Shown: positions 35,100 through 47,989, counted from the first letter of the stretch. The stretch is 64,000 nucleotides of DNA from Iphione sp. A-MEVVRFRX5 (GCA_976226885.1 OZ320313.1:38998001-39062000), one strand, 5' to 3'. Program-made: numbers and translations. The notes: generated from the letters alone by a model not told the origin.

Positions 35100-36740
35100 T
35101 GGTTAGATGTTAAGGGTGTTTCACGTTACCTTCCAGCATCAGCCAGAACAAACTCACAAACAGTATACAATGGTATAAGGACACTGGTGCTGTGGCCTAT
35201 GTCAAGAGGTCTAGTGGCAGACAATCCACAAGCAAGATCGTCCACCTTGCTGATTTTGAGAGAGTTGTAGGGCTTATCACCTTATATGCAGAGACTAACA
35301 TGTCTTCCCTGGCTTTATGACTACCCACAAGTGTAATGACATCCTGCTCCTCCCCTCATCTGCAACCAAGGCTGACATCCACAAATTGTATCAAGCAGCC
35401 ATAGAGGAGTCTCTGTTTAGGTGTGTAGCAGACTCTAAGTCGCCTAACCTTGGTCCACACCCTGCCTATTCAGTGGACATAACTACCCACATCAGTTTGG
35501 ACTATGCCTAGCAGGTCCACCTGGACTTCTCCCCAGTGCCACCAGGTTCACTATATTTCCTAGTCCCATGCAAGGTGCATCTTTGGGGTGTGTAATGAGG
35601 CTATAACCAAGCAAGTCAACTATCTCATAGATAAGGGAGACTGTGGCACTATGGGCAATGCCATCATCTCCTATTTACATCACTCTTTTGAGAAGTTTGA
35701 TCTAGGGGTCATACTCTTTTGATCTGCATTGTGACAACTGCAGTGGCCAGAACAAGAACAATTATGTGCTTTGTGTGAAGGGTCCTCACTGGTCATTACA
35801 GAAGAATCACACTGAACTTTTGTATTACTGGCCACATGAAGTTTGCCCCTGACTGGTGCTTCGGTTTGCTGATACAGAAGTTTCAGTATGAGCCTGTCTC
35901 TAGCCTGTTGGAGTTATCTCAGACAGTACTGAAGAGTACCCAGGATCAGGTCAACATTCCCCAACTTGTCGGTGATGAGTCAGGGAACATTGAAGTACCA
36001 TCATATGACTGGCAAACTTTCCTCTCACTTTGTTTGATGTTTGCAAGGTATTAAGCAGCAGCATCATTTTGAGTTCTCAATCCAGAACCCTTGGGTTTTT
36101 TCCATCCACCAGTATGCAGACAGCAAGCCACACATGTTCAAGACATTTTCAAGTGGCAGCCCCCAAGCTGTCCCCAAGAATTCCCCCCCTAACTGATTCC
36201 CTCCAGCAGTTTGTCTACAAAGAGACAATGGTATCTGTGCAAGAACATCAGAGACTTCTGCACAAAGGAGACCAAAGACATCATGTGCCCAAACCTTGCA
36301 TTTATGACACTCGAGTATGAGTTCGAGTAGGGGGGTGGGCATTGATGCTGAAGGGGTGCCCTGGCCTTCACCATTGACGCAGGCCTGAATCTATCTAATC
36401 CTTCTGTAATCAGTGAAGTTGGAGAGGGGTACATGGTTTATGACACTGTTCTGACAGGAGCAGAATCTGACACAGAGCTAGGAACAGCTCCATGCCCACC
36501 TCTAAGACCTGCTAATGAAGGCCTTGCATAAAGAGGCAGAGGCAGGGACATAGACAAAGGCAGAGGTAGGGCAGAGGTAAGGGCACTAGTGGCCATGGGT
36601 GTACCTGGACCCAAGACACTTCAGAGGGGGATAAGAAGGCGGGGGGGCAGATGTTCAGACAGATGGAGAGCTCCAGCTCAGACCATGACTCTGACTCTGA
36701 GCCAGAGCACATCCACAAGCTAAGTGTGCAAAAGGAAATC
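35100..36740 (+). mobile_element. degenerate DDE DNA-transposon transposase, Sola-like
   Basis: Interrupted frames give LLPSSATK..., SLDYA*QVHL..P.PPGSLYF..P.K..LWGV, QVNYLID, GNAIISYLHH, LHCDNCSGQNKNNYV and FCITGHMKFAPDWCFGL, then an RG-rich/acidic tail. The DxCxxQNKN and GHxxxxxD motifs are the basis for the Sola-like call. TIRs not found. Confidence 0.65.
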
Positions 36741-37355
36741 ATGGTTTACCAAAAAAGACAAGATGAACTTGTTCTTCAGATTATGTTTGAATGTCTGCTG
36801 GACTTGAACTGAATATCTACTTGTCTAGACTCGAAAACCACAAGTGGTGGTTCAACTACTTGTACAAAGACTTTGTTCAAAATGGTTCATATTGTTATTT
36901 TATTATAACCTCCAAGACTGTGCTCTTAATCAATCCAAGACAATCATGAGCAATTACAAAGACTATTTTACAAGACCTGGGTAGACCTATGGCCCTTTTG
37001 AAGCTTCTAGAAGGAGGTACTGTGATACTGTGTGCTTGCCTTTCTAGGTTAAGTTTGCTTCCCAGAGTGAGATTTTGTTACATTTTCACAGGCTGGCATA
37101 AATAAAATGTTATGTCTTGAAATGCATGATTCTCTTGTATTTTGTAGCTTAGATAGTGTAGATAAACTATGTTAAGTTTCAGGAAGACTGAGCAATAGAA
37201 AGTGTCTGTTGCTAAGGTTATTCTGGAAGACCACAGTAGACCACACCTATGAAAACTTCAAAGGCAAATATCTGTTTCTCTCATCTGATTAGGCGTGATA
37301 CTTGATAACTTTGTTGCATTACCATATTTGGCCTAATTATGGTAGGCAGACATAT

Positions 37356-37447
37356 CTCATTAGAAAGCTATACCACATTAGAAAGCAATAGTAAGAGCAT
37401 TAGAAAGCTATACCTCATTAGAAAGCAATACCTCATTAGAAAGCTAA
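37356..37447. repeat. ~19-bp minisatellite (CATTAGAAAGC core), about 5 units
   Basis: Direct observation. Confidence 0.85.
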
Positions 37448-37551
37448 GAAATAACATTTTGATGAAATATGTAACTGAAAGTTGATTTTTCCGACTTTTC
37501 ACTCATTTCACCAAAACGGGTCAGATATGCAGCCTTTATCATTAGACTTAC

Positions 37552-37722
37552 CACCACAGGAACAGGAATGACCGCTGGCAGTTTGTAGACAATTCTGAAG
37601 AGTTTCAAGACAAAGAAGACGGCTATGATGATGAAAGCGGTGATGCTGACGAACAGCACCCATCCACCACCCCACCACGTGCCCCAGACGCATGCGCAAA
37701 TGAACGTGACAAAGCTGAGCAC
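37552..37722 (-). CDS. MARVEL-domain membrane protein (plasmolipin/CMTM-like), exon with TM1 and TM2
   Basis: Acceptor TTTTTGCCATTCACAG and donor GTG|GTAAGT, 171 nt, phase 0/0. VLSFVTFIC...GWVLFVSITAFII..FFVLKLFRIVYKLPAVIPVPVV resembles plasmolipin GWVMFVAV...YLFQLHMKLYMVPWPLV. Joins in frame to 25227. Confidence 0.82.
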
Positions 37723-38053
37723 CTGTGAATGGCAAAAAGTCGGCTGCGTCAACATGGACTCAAGAACAATATCAGTAAAATAAACGCTTCAATGTTAGAA
37801 TGTTAGACAAACGCATTTCCTGAAGTGCATGAATATACTTCCACGCTTGTAAGTATACAAAGCAACGTACACACATGTACATTATATGTGTACAGGCAAT
37901 GCGTCTATAAACTATATGCACGAAAGTCTTTGTGTACATACATATATATCGATAAAACATTAAGGATGTCCACTTCGGTTCAGACAAAGACCTAACATAT
38001 GTATGAGGGGAAAATTGTTCCCCTTCTGGTAATGTAAAAGGGGCAGGACATCA

Positions 38054-38210
38054 CATGCCCGTTGCCAAGGGGGTATCGGGGGTATCGTTCGATACCCCCA
38101 GAGCAATTAATATCTATTGGCCTTTATATGGTATAGAAAAAATAGTTCCACCCCTGTGGTATCAGGGGTATCGCCCGATACCCCCAGAAAACTTCCTGGC
38201 TACGGGCCTG
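38054..38210. mobile_element. MITE family A, copy 3
   Basis: CATGCCCGTTGCCAAGG...CCTGGCTACGGGCCTG, with CATCA on both flanks and the same GGGGGTATCG..CGATACCCCC hairpins. Confidence 0.8.
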
Positions 38211-38399
38211 CATCACATCTGTAGGCAGAATCGTTGCTAGTATGCTAGTTAACTGTGGGATGCTGGACTCAGAACTACCGAACCTATTCAACTTCTTCTT
38301 CTATACTTTTCTAGATATTTGTCATTAAACATCAAAGATCATATGGTGCCCAAAGTAAATGACCTGCCTTAGTATGATATAGTAACCTTTAACCTTCAT

Positions 38400-39000
38400 T
38401 AAGTAGAAGCGAATGAAGTAGCTAAGATAATACCTCTGTTCAAAAATCAAGTGTTTATGATTATATGAATAATTAATGCCCTACATGACAACTACCTTGG
38501 ATAACAAAATTAATAGAAAAGATTATATACCAAAAATTCTATACCTAGCTCACACATAAAACTTTCTCACCACTAATCAGTTTGGCCTTCGTCAGAATTT
38601 AGTGTGCGACTCACAAGTGCTTTATGAAACCCATCTCTCTTCTGATAATGGAATCCCATCAAACTTAATAGTCATATACTTTCGGAAAGACCTCAATATA
38701 GTGAACCACTCCCTATAGCACTCCAAAATGAAAACATTTCCATAAGAATACCCTTGGTTGATTCAAAGCTCATCTCACAGACAGGTATCAGTACTGCTTG
38801 GTTAACAGTCAAGCATCTGACCTACAAAAAATCATCTGTGGTGTTCCTTAGGAATTCACTTTGGATCTCCTGCTCTTGAACACCTTTGTTAATGACATAA
38901 CGGACAGTGCATGTATATCCCTTAACTGTACTTAAATTGCTGACGATACACTAATTTCCATCTGATAAAAAACAGTGCTGGTCTACAAGAAAAATCAAAT
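38400..39000 (+). mobile_element. degenerate CR1/L2-type LINE RT fragment
   Basis: Remnants of K.A.IIPLFK, NQFG.R and CGVP*...LLL..FVNDI...ADDTL. Confidence 0.7.
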
Positions 39001-39728
39001 GAATTGAAAGAATGAATGAGTGAATGAACTAAGGTAATGCAGCTTTGCAAATAAGCTGCTGATGGCACCAGCAAAACAGAAGTTCCATCTGAATTTGCAC
39101 GGTAAAACCCGTCTTTTTAGGGACGACAATTGGACTGAATAAGAGTATATCGTATCCTCTGTTCAAAAAACCTTATGTTAGAACTAAACTTTGACCGTAC
39201 AATGTACCACCATTCCACCATTTTCTCTAGAGTTCTGCTGATTAAACCTTAACACAGACCGTTGTATGCAAAACCTGCCACAAAGAGAAAATGTTTGAAC
39301 CTAAACACAGGACATTTTGCAAATGACCTGGAATGGGTACAGTTGCTTAAAAATTACATGTCGTTTAAATTTCAAGTTATATAGTGATCTCGTTCCATAC
39401 AAGCCTAGTGATTATTCTAGGAGGCAGATAGTCCTGATCATGTTGTGTGGTTAACAAGTAGGCGTAGGTTTGTTGCTTACTGCCAGTGAGGCCAAAGAAC
39501 CTAGTCATGCCATACACCATACCATATATAGAATAAGGCTTCTATCACGAGGCTTTATCATTATCGTAAACTGTGTTCATGTCATTCAAAGCTAACCCCA
39601 GCGTGTGTTAAGTGAAACAACGATCAAGAATGCCTAACCTATACGTTTGCTTTGTATTGTTTACCTCTCTTGGAAATCATATCCAATACAACTATTGCTG
39701 TGTTTAATACTGTCTCGGGTTATGTTCT

Positions 39729-42700
39729 TTGTTTTACTCTCATGTAAGGGGTATAATGGGGTGGAATGGTCTCGGTGTGGTGGTAGTGGGGGCTTACCGT
39801 GATTATACAATCTTACTCTTATTATTAGTGATGGGCTTTCTTCGAATACTAAACTTCAACGTCAGGAGTGTGCGTAAGAAGATGGTAGGGCTCACTGAGT
39901 TACTTTTAGCCGAGAAGATAGATATTGCCATCATTTTTGAAACTTGGCTGAATGCTACCTACAATCAAGGGGAAATTGAAATTGATGGTTATCAGTCATT
40001 CAGGCAAGATAGGGAAGGAAGGGAAGGACAGAGGGCAGGGGGATTGTTGGTATATGTGAGGGAGGGTATTGACGTGCAAGGGGTAACTAATCAGAACAGG
40101 GAGGGGAGTTTATGCAAGATCATGCGTGTTAAACTAAAGGTAGGGAAGCGGCGTCCTCACTATATGGCAGCCGTCTACCGTCCCCCTCATGACAAGCTAA
40201 AGGATTCTGCTGGTGCCTTGGAGCTAGTGCTGAAGGATGTGGCCAAAATGAAGTGCTGTGATGTGACTATAGCGGGAGACCTGAACTATGACTATATTAT
40301 GAAGGGGAGAGTCAGTCAATGCCTAACTGACCTTTTTTGCAGCTACAGCCTTACGCAACTCGTACAAGCTCCAACAATGGTAGAGAGTGATCACTACTTA
40401 GATCATATATGGATAAACTACCAAGGCCGCTCAAGTGTTCATACGCCTCTATGTTTTATGAGTGACCACCTGCCAGTGGTACTCCAGGTCAAGAAGGGAG
40501 CACCAAAGATCAGCTATGCAACGATCGAAATCCGAAGATGGGGGGGCGGCCAATCCTGAAGTACTTGACACACGCTTGCGCCATGAGGGATTATCTATAG
40601 TTGGAGAGGATCCTGACACTACATGGAAGAAGTTTGAAGAGCGGACAAGAGCGCTTGTGGATGAGTTATGCCCAGTCAAGAAGGTTAAGCTCAACAGGGA
40701 GATAGAATGCCCTGCGTTGGATGACAAAACCCTCGAACTGATCGTGGACAGGAAATACTTCTATAAGAAGTGGAGGACAGAAGGGTGTGTTGATTCAAAA
40801 TGAATCTTCAGGTTTCTAGACAAGAAGGTGAAGGCAGTGATCAGGATGAATCACAGGAACTTCTGGATGGACAAGGTGGCTGTGGCTGGTACAGACTCGG
40901 GAAAACTCTGGGGAGTGCTCAACACTGTCCTGGGTCGTGGAGTGGGTAAGGAAACTCTGCCCAGTCGTGTGAATGCAGATAGCAGCGGGAAGACGTCACT
41001 AGCGGCTGAGTTTAACAATCACTTTGTGGATGAAGTTGCGCGGCTAGCAAACAGCCCATCAATACGAAGATGGGTTGCACCAGGACGGCAGCAAACGTTT
41101 AATATTGCCGCACCAAGCCCGATAAGGCTTCGCCCCATCGTCCAGAAACAACGTGTACGCAAGTCATCAGGGTTAGTAGGGATACCAACACACATACTGA
41201 AACCTCTGCTACTGCTCCAAACAGACTTCCTAGCTGGCCTATTTGGTAAGATCATTGAAACTGGCCATTACCCTGACACCTGGAAGGTAGCCAGAGTGAC
41301 TCCCATATTCAAGAAGGGGGACAGAGAGCTACTGTCTAATTATAGACCGGTGTCAATCTTACCACTTCCTGGCAAGATCTTTGAAGCGTGGTATGTAGGG
41401 ATGTTGATGAAAATCCTCAAAGAGAAAAACTTCATCAACAAGCGGCAACACGGATTTCGAGCGGGGAGAAGTACGGAGACTACCATGGTAAGCCTCATTG
41501 TTCACGCGCAGGCAATGTTGAACTCTGGACGGTATTGCAGTCTCCTAGCCTTCGACTTAAAGAAGGCCTTTGATCTTGCGCCCTCAGCGGGGGTATTACA
41601 CCGACTGGAGCAGGCAGGCGCGAGCATCGCCATCAGGAGACTTGTGGCATGCTACTTCAACAACAGGCAGCAATTTGTGTGCTGTCACGGTGTGGACTCT
41701 CACCTACGTGAGGTCCAACACGGCGTCCTCCAGGGATCCGTGTTCGGCCCAAGTGCCTTCTCGCTTGTCATTGATGAGATCGTAGGGCAACTACCGACCA
41801 ACAGCGAAGTTACGCTGTATGCGGACGACATGACCATTGTTGTGTCGGCAACAGACCTGCTCCATTTACGGGTGGCATCACAGAAGACCATTGATGTGGT
41901 CTCCGTATGGTGCAAACAAACCGGCCTCAGGTTAAGCGAAGGCAAATGCTCCTATATGGTGCTTGGCAAGGCTGCCGACACCCCGCTGGACCTATGTATA
42001 GGTGAATCCAAGTTGGAGCTGGTAACAAAGGCGCGTCTATTTGGATTCATGGTCAATTCAAGGATGAACTTCAAGGAACAGATCAAGGACATAAAAGCGA
42101 AGATGTGGGCAGCTGCCATCAGCCTAGGCAGAGCTAAACGTCTTCTTGATCTGCACATTCGTGCTAGACTCTTCAAGGCGTTGGTCCTTCCGCACCTTTT
42201 TTATGGTGCAGCTGTGCTGTATGGCTCCTCTCTGTCAGACAGGAGGAAACTCCAGGTACATCTAAATAGATGCATGTGGGTCAGCCTGCAAGTAAACATG
42301 CAGGCATCCACCAAGTGTCTTGCAGAAAAATTTGGCATCGGAAGGGTCACAGACATCATTGAAAACTGGGCTATTTCCGCAATACATCGACTTGTACATC
42401 TTGGACTGCTCCCCCTTGCCTCTAAGTCCAGGACTAGGGATGGTGGCAGTTTGCGAGCAATGGTCCCGAGACCAAAAAGCAGGAAATTCTTGACCAGTCC
42501 ATGTTATGGGGCTGTGTCTACATGGAACAAGCTGCCGAAAGCACTAAGAGAGGCCAAGGTGCCTAGAATAGGCACCTGGCTGCGGGATCAAGCCACGGAT
42601 CACTAGAGGACAGGCATGCTGCGCAGATCCGTCGATACTTACTGACTCACATTGTGTGATCTCTTATTCTCGGAGCTGGGTGGACTACACTGCAGGTATA

Positions 42701-43781
42701 TAAGTCGAGTGTAATGAATCTGCATTCTGGAGGTTGGGGGTAGGAGATGATATAGTCTTATATTACTTTCCGAGAAAAGGGGAAAGGACCAACCGGAGGG
42801 GCATGGGAGGGGTTCAGTCTAATGTTTTGTTAGCATACCGGGGGGAGTCTTCAAAATTTAATATGGGCATTGCGTGTCAGCTGACACAAGTGTACTAACA
42901 GAGTGTTTATAATAGGGGAAGGGATGTAAGTGGGGAGAGAGTTACCAAGCCATACAAAACTGGGAAGCTCTGTGTCACATGCACGTATAACAGAAATGGT
43001 TAAGTCGCTACTGTTGCTATTAGCATGCTCATCACTTCCTTGGCTGCATGGCCGGCAAATTAAACAGTTTGCATGATCGGCACCGTAACATTTCTTCTTA
43101 ACCATAAGCCTAATGTCAGATGCTACGAAACAATACCTGCACTCAACACCTGTTGTGAGCATTGTCGTGTGTCCGCATGCGTGCCCACTGATACTATGAG
43201 TTGTCAAATGTTCGTACTGTAATCCTGTGCACTGTACCACTAAACGTGATGTATTGTTGTGTGTGACATGTCAATGTGTTATATGCCCGACTGTATGTAC
43301 AATTGTGCTGTCCATGTGATAATTGCTTCAGTCAGTGTAGAGTCCTGTTGCTTCTTAACTCTAACATGTGCGGTATAACAAATGTCTAACTATTCGTAAA
43401 GCCTTATATATCGCTTCTGCAGATGTGTAAGCTGTAACACTGCATGTGAGCTGCAATGTACATTGTATCATAGTTCTGTGTGTATCCTATGTACGTTTGT
43501 TATGTTACATGTATCCCTGTGTGCACTGGATTTAGGATTTAACAGTTAAAGGTTTGTGCCCACCGTAATGTGCCATGCTCATCAACCTAGAGTAAATATG
43601 TTGCCCCTGTCATCTCATGTTGTGCTGTCAGTGATGCCTGAAGTGTACTACTATATCTGTGCACTGGCCCCCTGGGCCCTATGTTGTTTCAATTGTCTAT
43701 CACTGTACTTAAGACTATTAACCAGGAGAACTTTGTATCACTCATGAAGATCGGTTAATAAAAGTTTATTCATTCATTCAT
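39729..43781 (+). mobile_element. CR1/L2-group non-LTR retrotransposon (APE endonuclease + RT)
   Basis: EN-RT frame, followed about 1.15 kb later by AATAAA (43757-43762) and an (ATTC)n tail typical of this group. The 5' end and TSD are undefined, and linkage of the tail to this copy is inferred. Confidence 0.75.
39831..42606 (+). pseudogene. LINE ORF2 (endonuclease + reverse transcriptase), one frameshift and one stop
   Basis: ILNFNVRS, IFETWL, GGL..YV, AGDLN, LDHIW and SDHLPV (APE); NYRPVSIL, QHGFR, FDLKKAFD, QGSVFGP and YADD (RT). Extra G in G7 at 40540-40546 and TGA at 40801-40803. Confidence 0.9.
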
Positions 43782-44421
43782 AGTGCATGTTCTTAGGCAT
43801 ACATGTCACACGTATAACGAAATGAAAAACTGAAGCTGCTTATTGCACAGCATCGATAAATTACATATAAAAGAAGACGCTTCACGATATAAGCAAAGAT
43901 ACAGCGTATAGGCAAAGGAACTTACTATTTCGATAATTTTACAGACAGAGTCGATGGACTTGACATACTCCACGTCCAAGCCGATTTCCTGTGTGTTGTC
44001 AGACATCTCAATCTGTTTTAAAAACGAAGAAAAAAGTTATATGGTATGTTTTGTAATAAATCATCATTTTCTTTTTTCTTTATCGACTGGAAATACAACC
44101 TTCCATACTTCAGTTTCTCGAAATGCACATCTTTGTGAATCATATGTACCATAATTCTTGGGGTTTTGTCATTCAATTTTTAATATATATGTATGTGATT
44201 GGAAATGAGGAAAGGTGATAGATATTGCAATTAAGTTTTAATTTCTATAAAATGTTAGATAAAGCTACCTTTATACCACACTTGTACAAAAAGATTATCT
44301 TCGATGTGTACTAAGTATTAATGATAAAGAAATACCTTGCAGCCCTGACAGATATACTCGGAGCTACATTACAGCATACCCAGTCAAGTGGGGCAAACAA
44401 TTACAGACTGCAGAAATTTAA

Positions 44422-44900
44422 GAGAGAGAGGGCTGGAGAGGCAGCAAAAGGGAGGGAGGGAGAGAGAAAGGGAGTAAAAGAGGATGTCAGGGAGGACAGG
44501 AGGAACCAAAGAAAGAGGGAAAGAGAGAAAGAGGGAATGACAGAGGAAAGAGGGAGAGTGGGAAGGAAAGCAAGAGAGAGGAAAGAAAGAGATGGAATGC
44601 TATGGTGAAGCAGAGAGAGGGGAGAGGGAAGGAGGCGAGGGATGCAGAAGGATAGAGGATAAGGGAGAGAGACATAGGGGAAGGGAACAGATGAGGTAGA
44701 GAAACGGAGAAGCTACAAAAGAGAGATACCAAGAGGATGAAAGGACAGAAGAGAGACATAGTTGGCGTGAGGGAGAGTTTTAGAGAGAAGATATAAAGTA
44801 TAAAGAGAGAGAGAAGGGAGAGACGAAAAGGGAAGTATTAGAAAGAAACAGGGAGGAAGGAAGCAAAAGGAGGTGAGAGAAGAAATATAGAAAGTGGGAC
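44422..44900. repeat. purine (GA)-rich low-complexity tract
   Basis: Almost exclusively A/G on the + strand. Confidence 0.85.
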
Positions 44901-46226
44901 AGATTTGAAGAGGAAGCGCCTCAAATAGTGATGCCTCTCAACTCCCCAAATTTGGACACTGCCTAGGATTGTTCCATGTTACCTGCTACGGCCAAACCTT
45001 TTAACTACCACATAGATATACATTTAATAGTTTACAAGGGCGGTACAAACGTCTTAGGTTTGTTTGTGTTATGAACTGTAGTGACGATCTCAAAGAAAAA
45101 CGCTGTTTAGCAGCACGAAATATATTGGATCTCAAATTTTCTTGGACAATTTTGTTAATGGGCCACAATTACCACTGACGTGTATCTGCTGGGTCTTCAT
45201 AGGATAGCAAAGATGTGTTAAAAATTACCGTAGGTTATATATGTTGCGATATTAACGGGCTTATATAACAATTATCTGGTCGGAAATGTCACATCGAAAA
45301 CTTAAGCTAATTTGGAAGATACTCAAGTAAAGCTGTTTTGAAAATTACCGCCTCCGCTTTTGTCTCAGTATTTTTTCACACAAGCTTTACGTTGTAAGTG
45401 GCACTGCTTATATCTGCCATTTAGCATACACGTAAATGATATGAATATTACCAAAACAATCAGTCTATCGTTTATTTTTGATATGTGTATACATGTATTT
45501 AACTTTATTACAACTAGGATATATCTCTCAAGATACATCAGGCACTTTGCCAAAGGGTAGAGGAACATGCAAAATGATGTCAGCAACACTATGGTGGATA
45601 TGTGGGAGAACGTTTACAATCTAATCAGCTTTGTTGAATGCTTGGATCAGTTTTCTCGCATCAGGTAGGCCATATACTTGTTTTAGCGAATCCAGCAACA
45701 TGTATATCAATTGACATAGTTATGAAAATGTGTTTATTATATATTTAGATTACTTTTGTATATTAACATGTATTTTTCTTCCACTTTCATCGCAAAACCA
45801 ATATTTTAATCTTGTTCCTGTCATATTACTATACATTGTTCGATCGATCGAAGTGACCTAAAGCTGAGTAAAGATTCTACGTTTATTGGTGAAAAGTCAA
45901 AAAGATGAATGACAGTGGTTCTCCACCTGGCCGCAAAATATACATAACTTTTAATCTGGGCAGAGTTGCAACCTCAAAATATTCCAGTACCTGCACCCAT
46001 GGCAAGCTCTGCTACAATATACAGGAAAAACTCGCTTTGCGACCTCCTCACTTTGCGACCAAATCGACTATTGCGACCATTTTGGTTCGGAACGAAATTA
46101 TTTTTAGTACATTTCTATAATGGTAGAATCTTACTTTGCGACCATATTGCTTTCCGACCATATTCAGCCTGCGACCACTCATCTTTGGGTTCTTTTCAAT
46201 ATAATTTACTATCACTTTGCGACCAT

Positions 46227-46497
46227 CACCCTGGAGGGGTGAGGCCGAGAGTGGTCGCAGGGTGTCAGGAGCGTCAATGGGGACGTCTTTGATGGTCCTC
46301 GCACCTTGGAGGGGTGAGGCCGAGAGTGGTCGCGGGCGTCATCATCGACGACTTTGATGGTCTCTCACCCTGGAGGGGTGAGGCCGAGAGTGGTCGCGGG
46401 CGTCAACTTCAACGACTTTGATGGTCTCTCACCCTGGAGAGGGTCTGCCGAGAGTGGTTTGGGGTGTTGGGGGCGACCTCTCTGATGTTCTCTCACC
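46227..46497. repeat. 64-75-bp minisatellite inside the MITE, 4 units
   Basis: CACCCTGGAGGGGTGAGGCCGAGAGTGGTCGC at 46227, 46302, 46366 and 46430. Confidence 0.9.
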
Positions 46498-46507
46498 TCT
46501 TTGAGTC

Positions 46508-46631
46508 ACTTAAAGTCATCAAATTCAGCACTTTTTGGACTTAAAGTCATCAAATTCAGCACTTTTTGGACTTTTAGTCATCAAATTCAGCACTTTTTGG
46601 ACCTAAAGTCATCAAATTCAGCACTTTTTGG
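46508..46631. repeat. 31-bp minisatellite inside the MITE, 4 units
   Basis: ACTTAAAGTCATCAAATTCAGCACTTTTTGG x4. Confidence 0.95.
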
Positions 46632-47989
46632 ACGTTTCATATGTCAATAAAGAGAGAGGGAGAAAGGGATATGATTTCAAGCCCAGACCCCCATACAAAA
46701 TCACTTTGCGACCATATTCAGAATTACGACCATTTTGGGCCGACCCAAGTGGTGGTCGCAAAGCGAGTTTCCCCTGTACATGTACATGTATATATTGCCT
46801 GACATTTAGGATTGCATGTTTCCAGATTATTGGAAGAAGTGTATTATCATATAACCAAATAGAGTGCTTGTCTCTTGACCTAGGTCTTTAAGTGAATGTG
46901 AAGATTTAGTGTCCTTCTTTTTTATATTCTTTATTCATTCAGGTAAAAGTGTACACTCTATGTATATGCAAACCTGACCACTCATACTTTGAGTTTCCTG
47001 TGATACAATAGGCTTAGTGATTATGAGTACATGATGTAGTGTTATCCTTACTTGGCATGTAACATGCTGTTTTATGTTTCTTGATTTGATTTAGGTGGTA
47101 TTGACTCTCACTCCTTTACATTCACTTTCATTTTTGCATGATATACAATGCAATGTATTCCTTGTTTCATATTGCTTCGGAGTTTGTCGTTTGTGAAAGT
47201 AATTTATATTTATTGTAGCTTACACCAAGTTGTTCATTTTTCCTTGATATCATGCATTCATGTTATGGACAATGATGTTCTGAGGTATAATATGCTCATA
47301 TGTCCAGTTATAATAAGATTGCAAATGGTTAGACTGGTTACATTCAAGGCTTCTACCCAGCCGTATCTTGACAAGTTATCTATTCTACAAGCATCTGATT
47401 GATCTGGTGTACTAGCTTATAACAAACTGTTTATTGAAACTTATCTACATCTCCTCATAATGTTTAAATCAACCCTTTCAGAGTATGCACCAATTTTCTT
47501 TCATATACCTACAGTACTTCTTTTGACTGCATTTCTGAACACTTTTCAGCATTTTATCCCTCTTAGATTTGGGGTAATTTTGTTCCAGGCTGTGATGCTA
47601 TTGTATGATACTGACATTTAAACCTGCTCGTTCCCACATCTGGGAGACATAACATTCAAACATATTGAGTACTTGTAGGGTTGAAATTCAGTAGAGGTTG
47701 AGGTACATAACCAGTTGGTCTCGCCTGCCTGTCAGGCATCTCCACCATTAGTTGGTAGTTGAGTCTTATTTCGATAGGTTCCATATTCATTTGACAGTAA
47801 AGGCTCTCTATTGGTACCCTATTTGTTGATAGTAGCCAAGGGTTGTTCTGCATACTTGATTTAGTAATACTTCAATCTTCCTCCAGTGGGGGCTACTTCT
47901 GTTATTAAATAATAGCCCCCTCCATACTCCCAATAGGGTACCAACATTGCTTGAACAAGCATTATGGCAGTCTTTTTTGAGATAACAGA

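Larger units (their letters stand above)
46022..46776. mobile_element. non-autonomous Tc1/mariner-type (pogo/Tigger-like) element
   Basis: TA|CAGGAAAAACTCGCTTTGCGACC ... GGTCGCAAAGCGAGTTTCCCCTG|TA: a 23-bp TIR with 2 mismatches and a TA TSD. Multiple internal TTGCGACCA motifs. Confidence 0.85.

Noticed and set aside
44321-44759. ORFs over the GA-rich tract (E/R/K-rich and L/S/F-rich)
   Set aside because: Products of low-complexity sequence.
46227-46497. Conserved 32-bp motif with variable spacers, superficially CRISPR-like
   Set aside because: The spacers are related to each other, the array lies inside a TA-flanked MITE in eukaryotic DNA, and there are no cas genes. It is a minisatellite.
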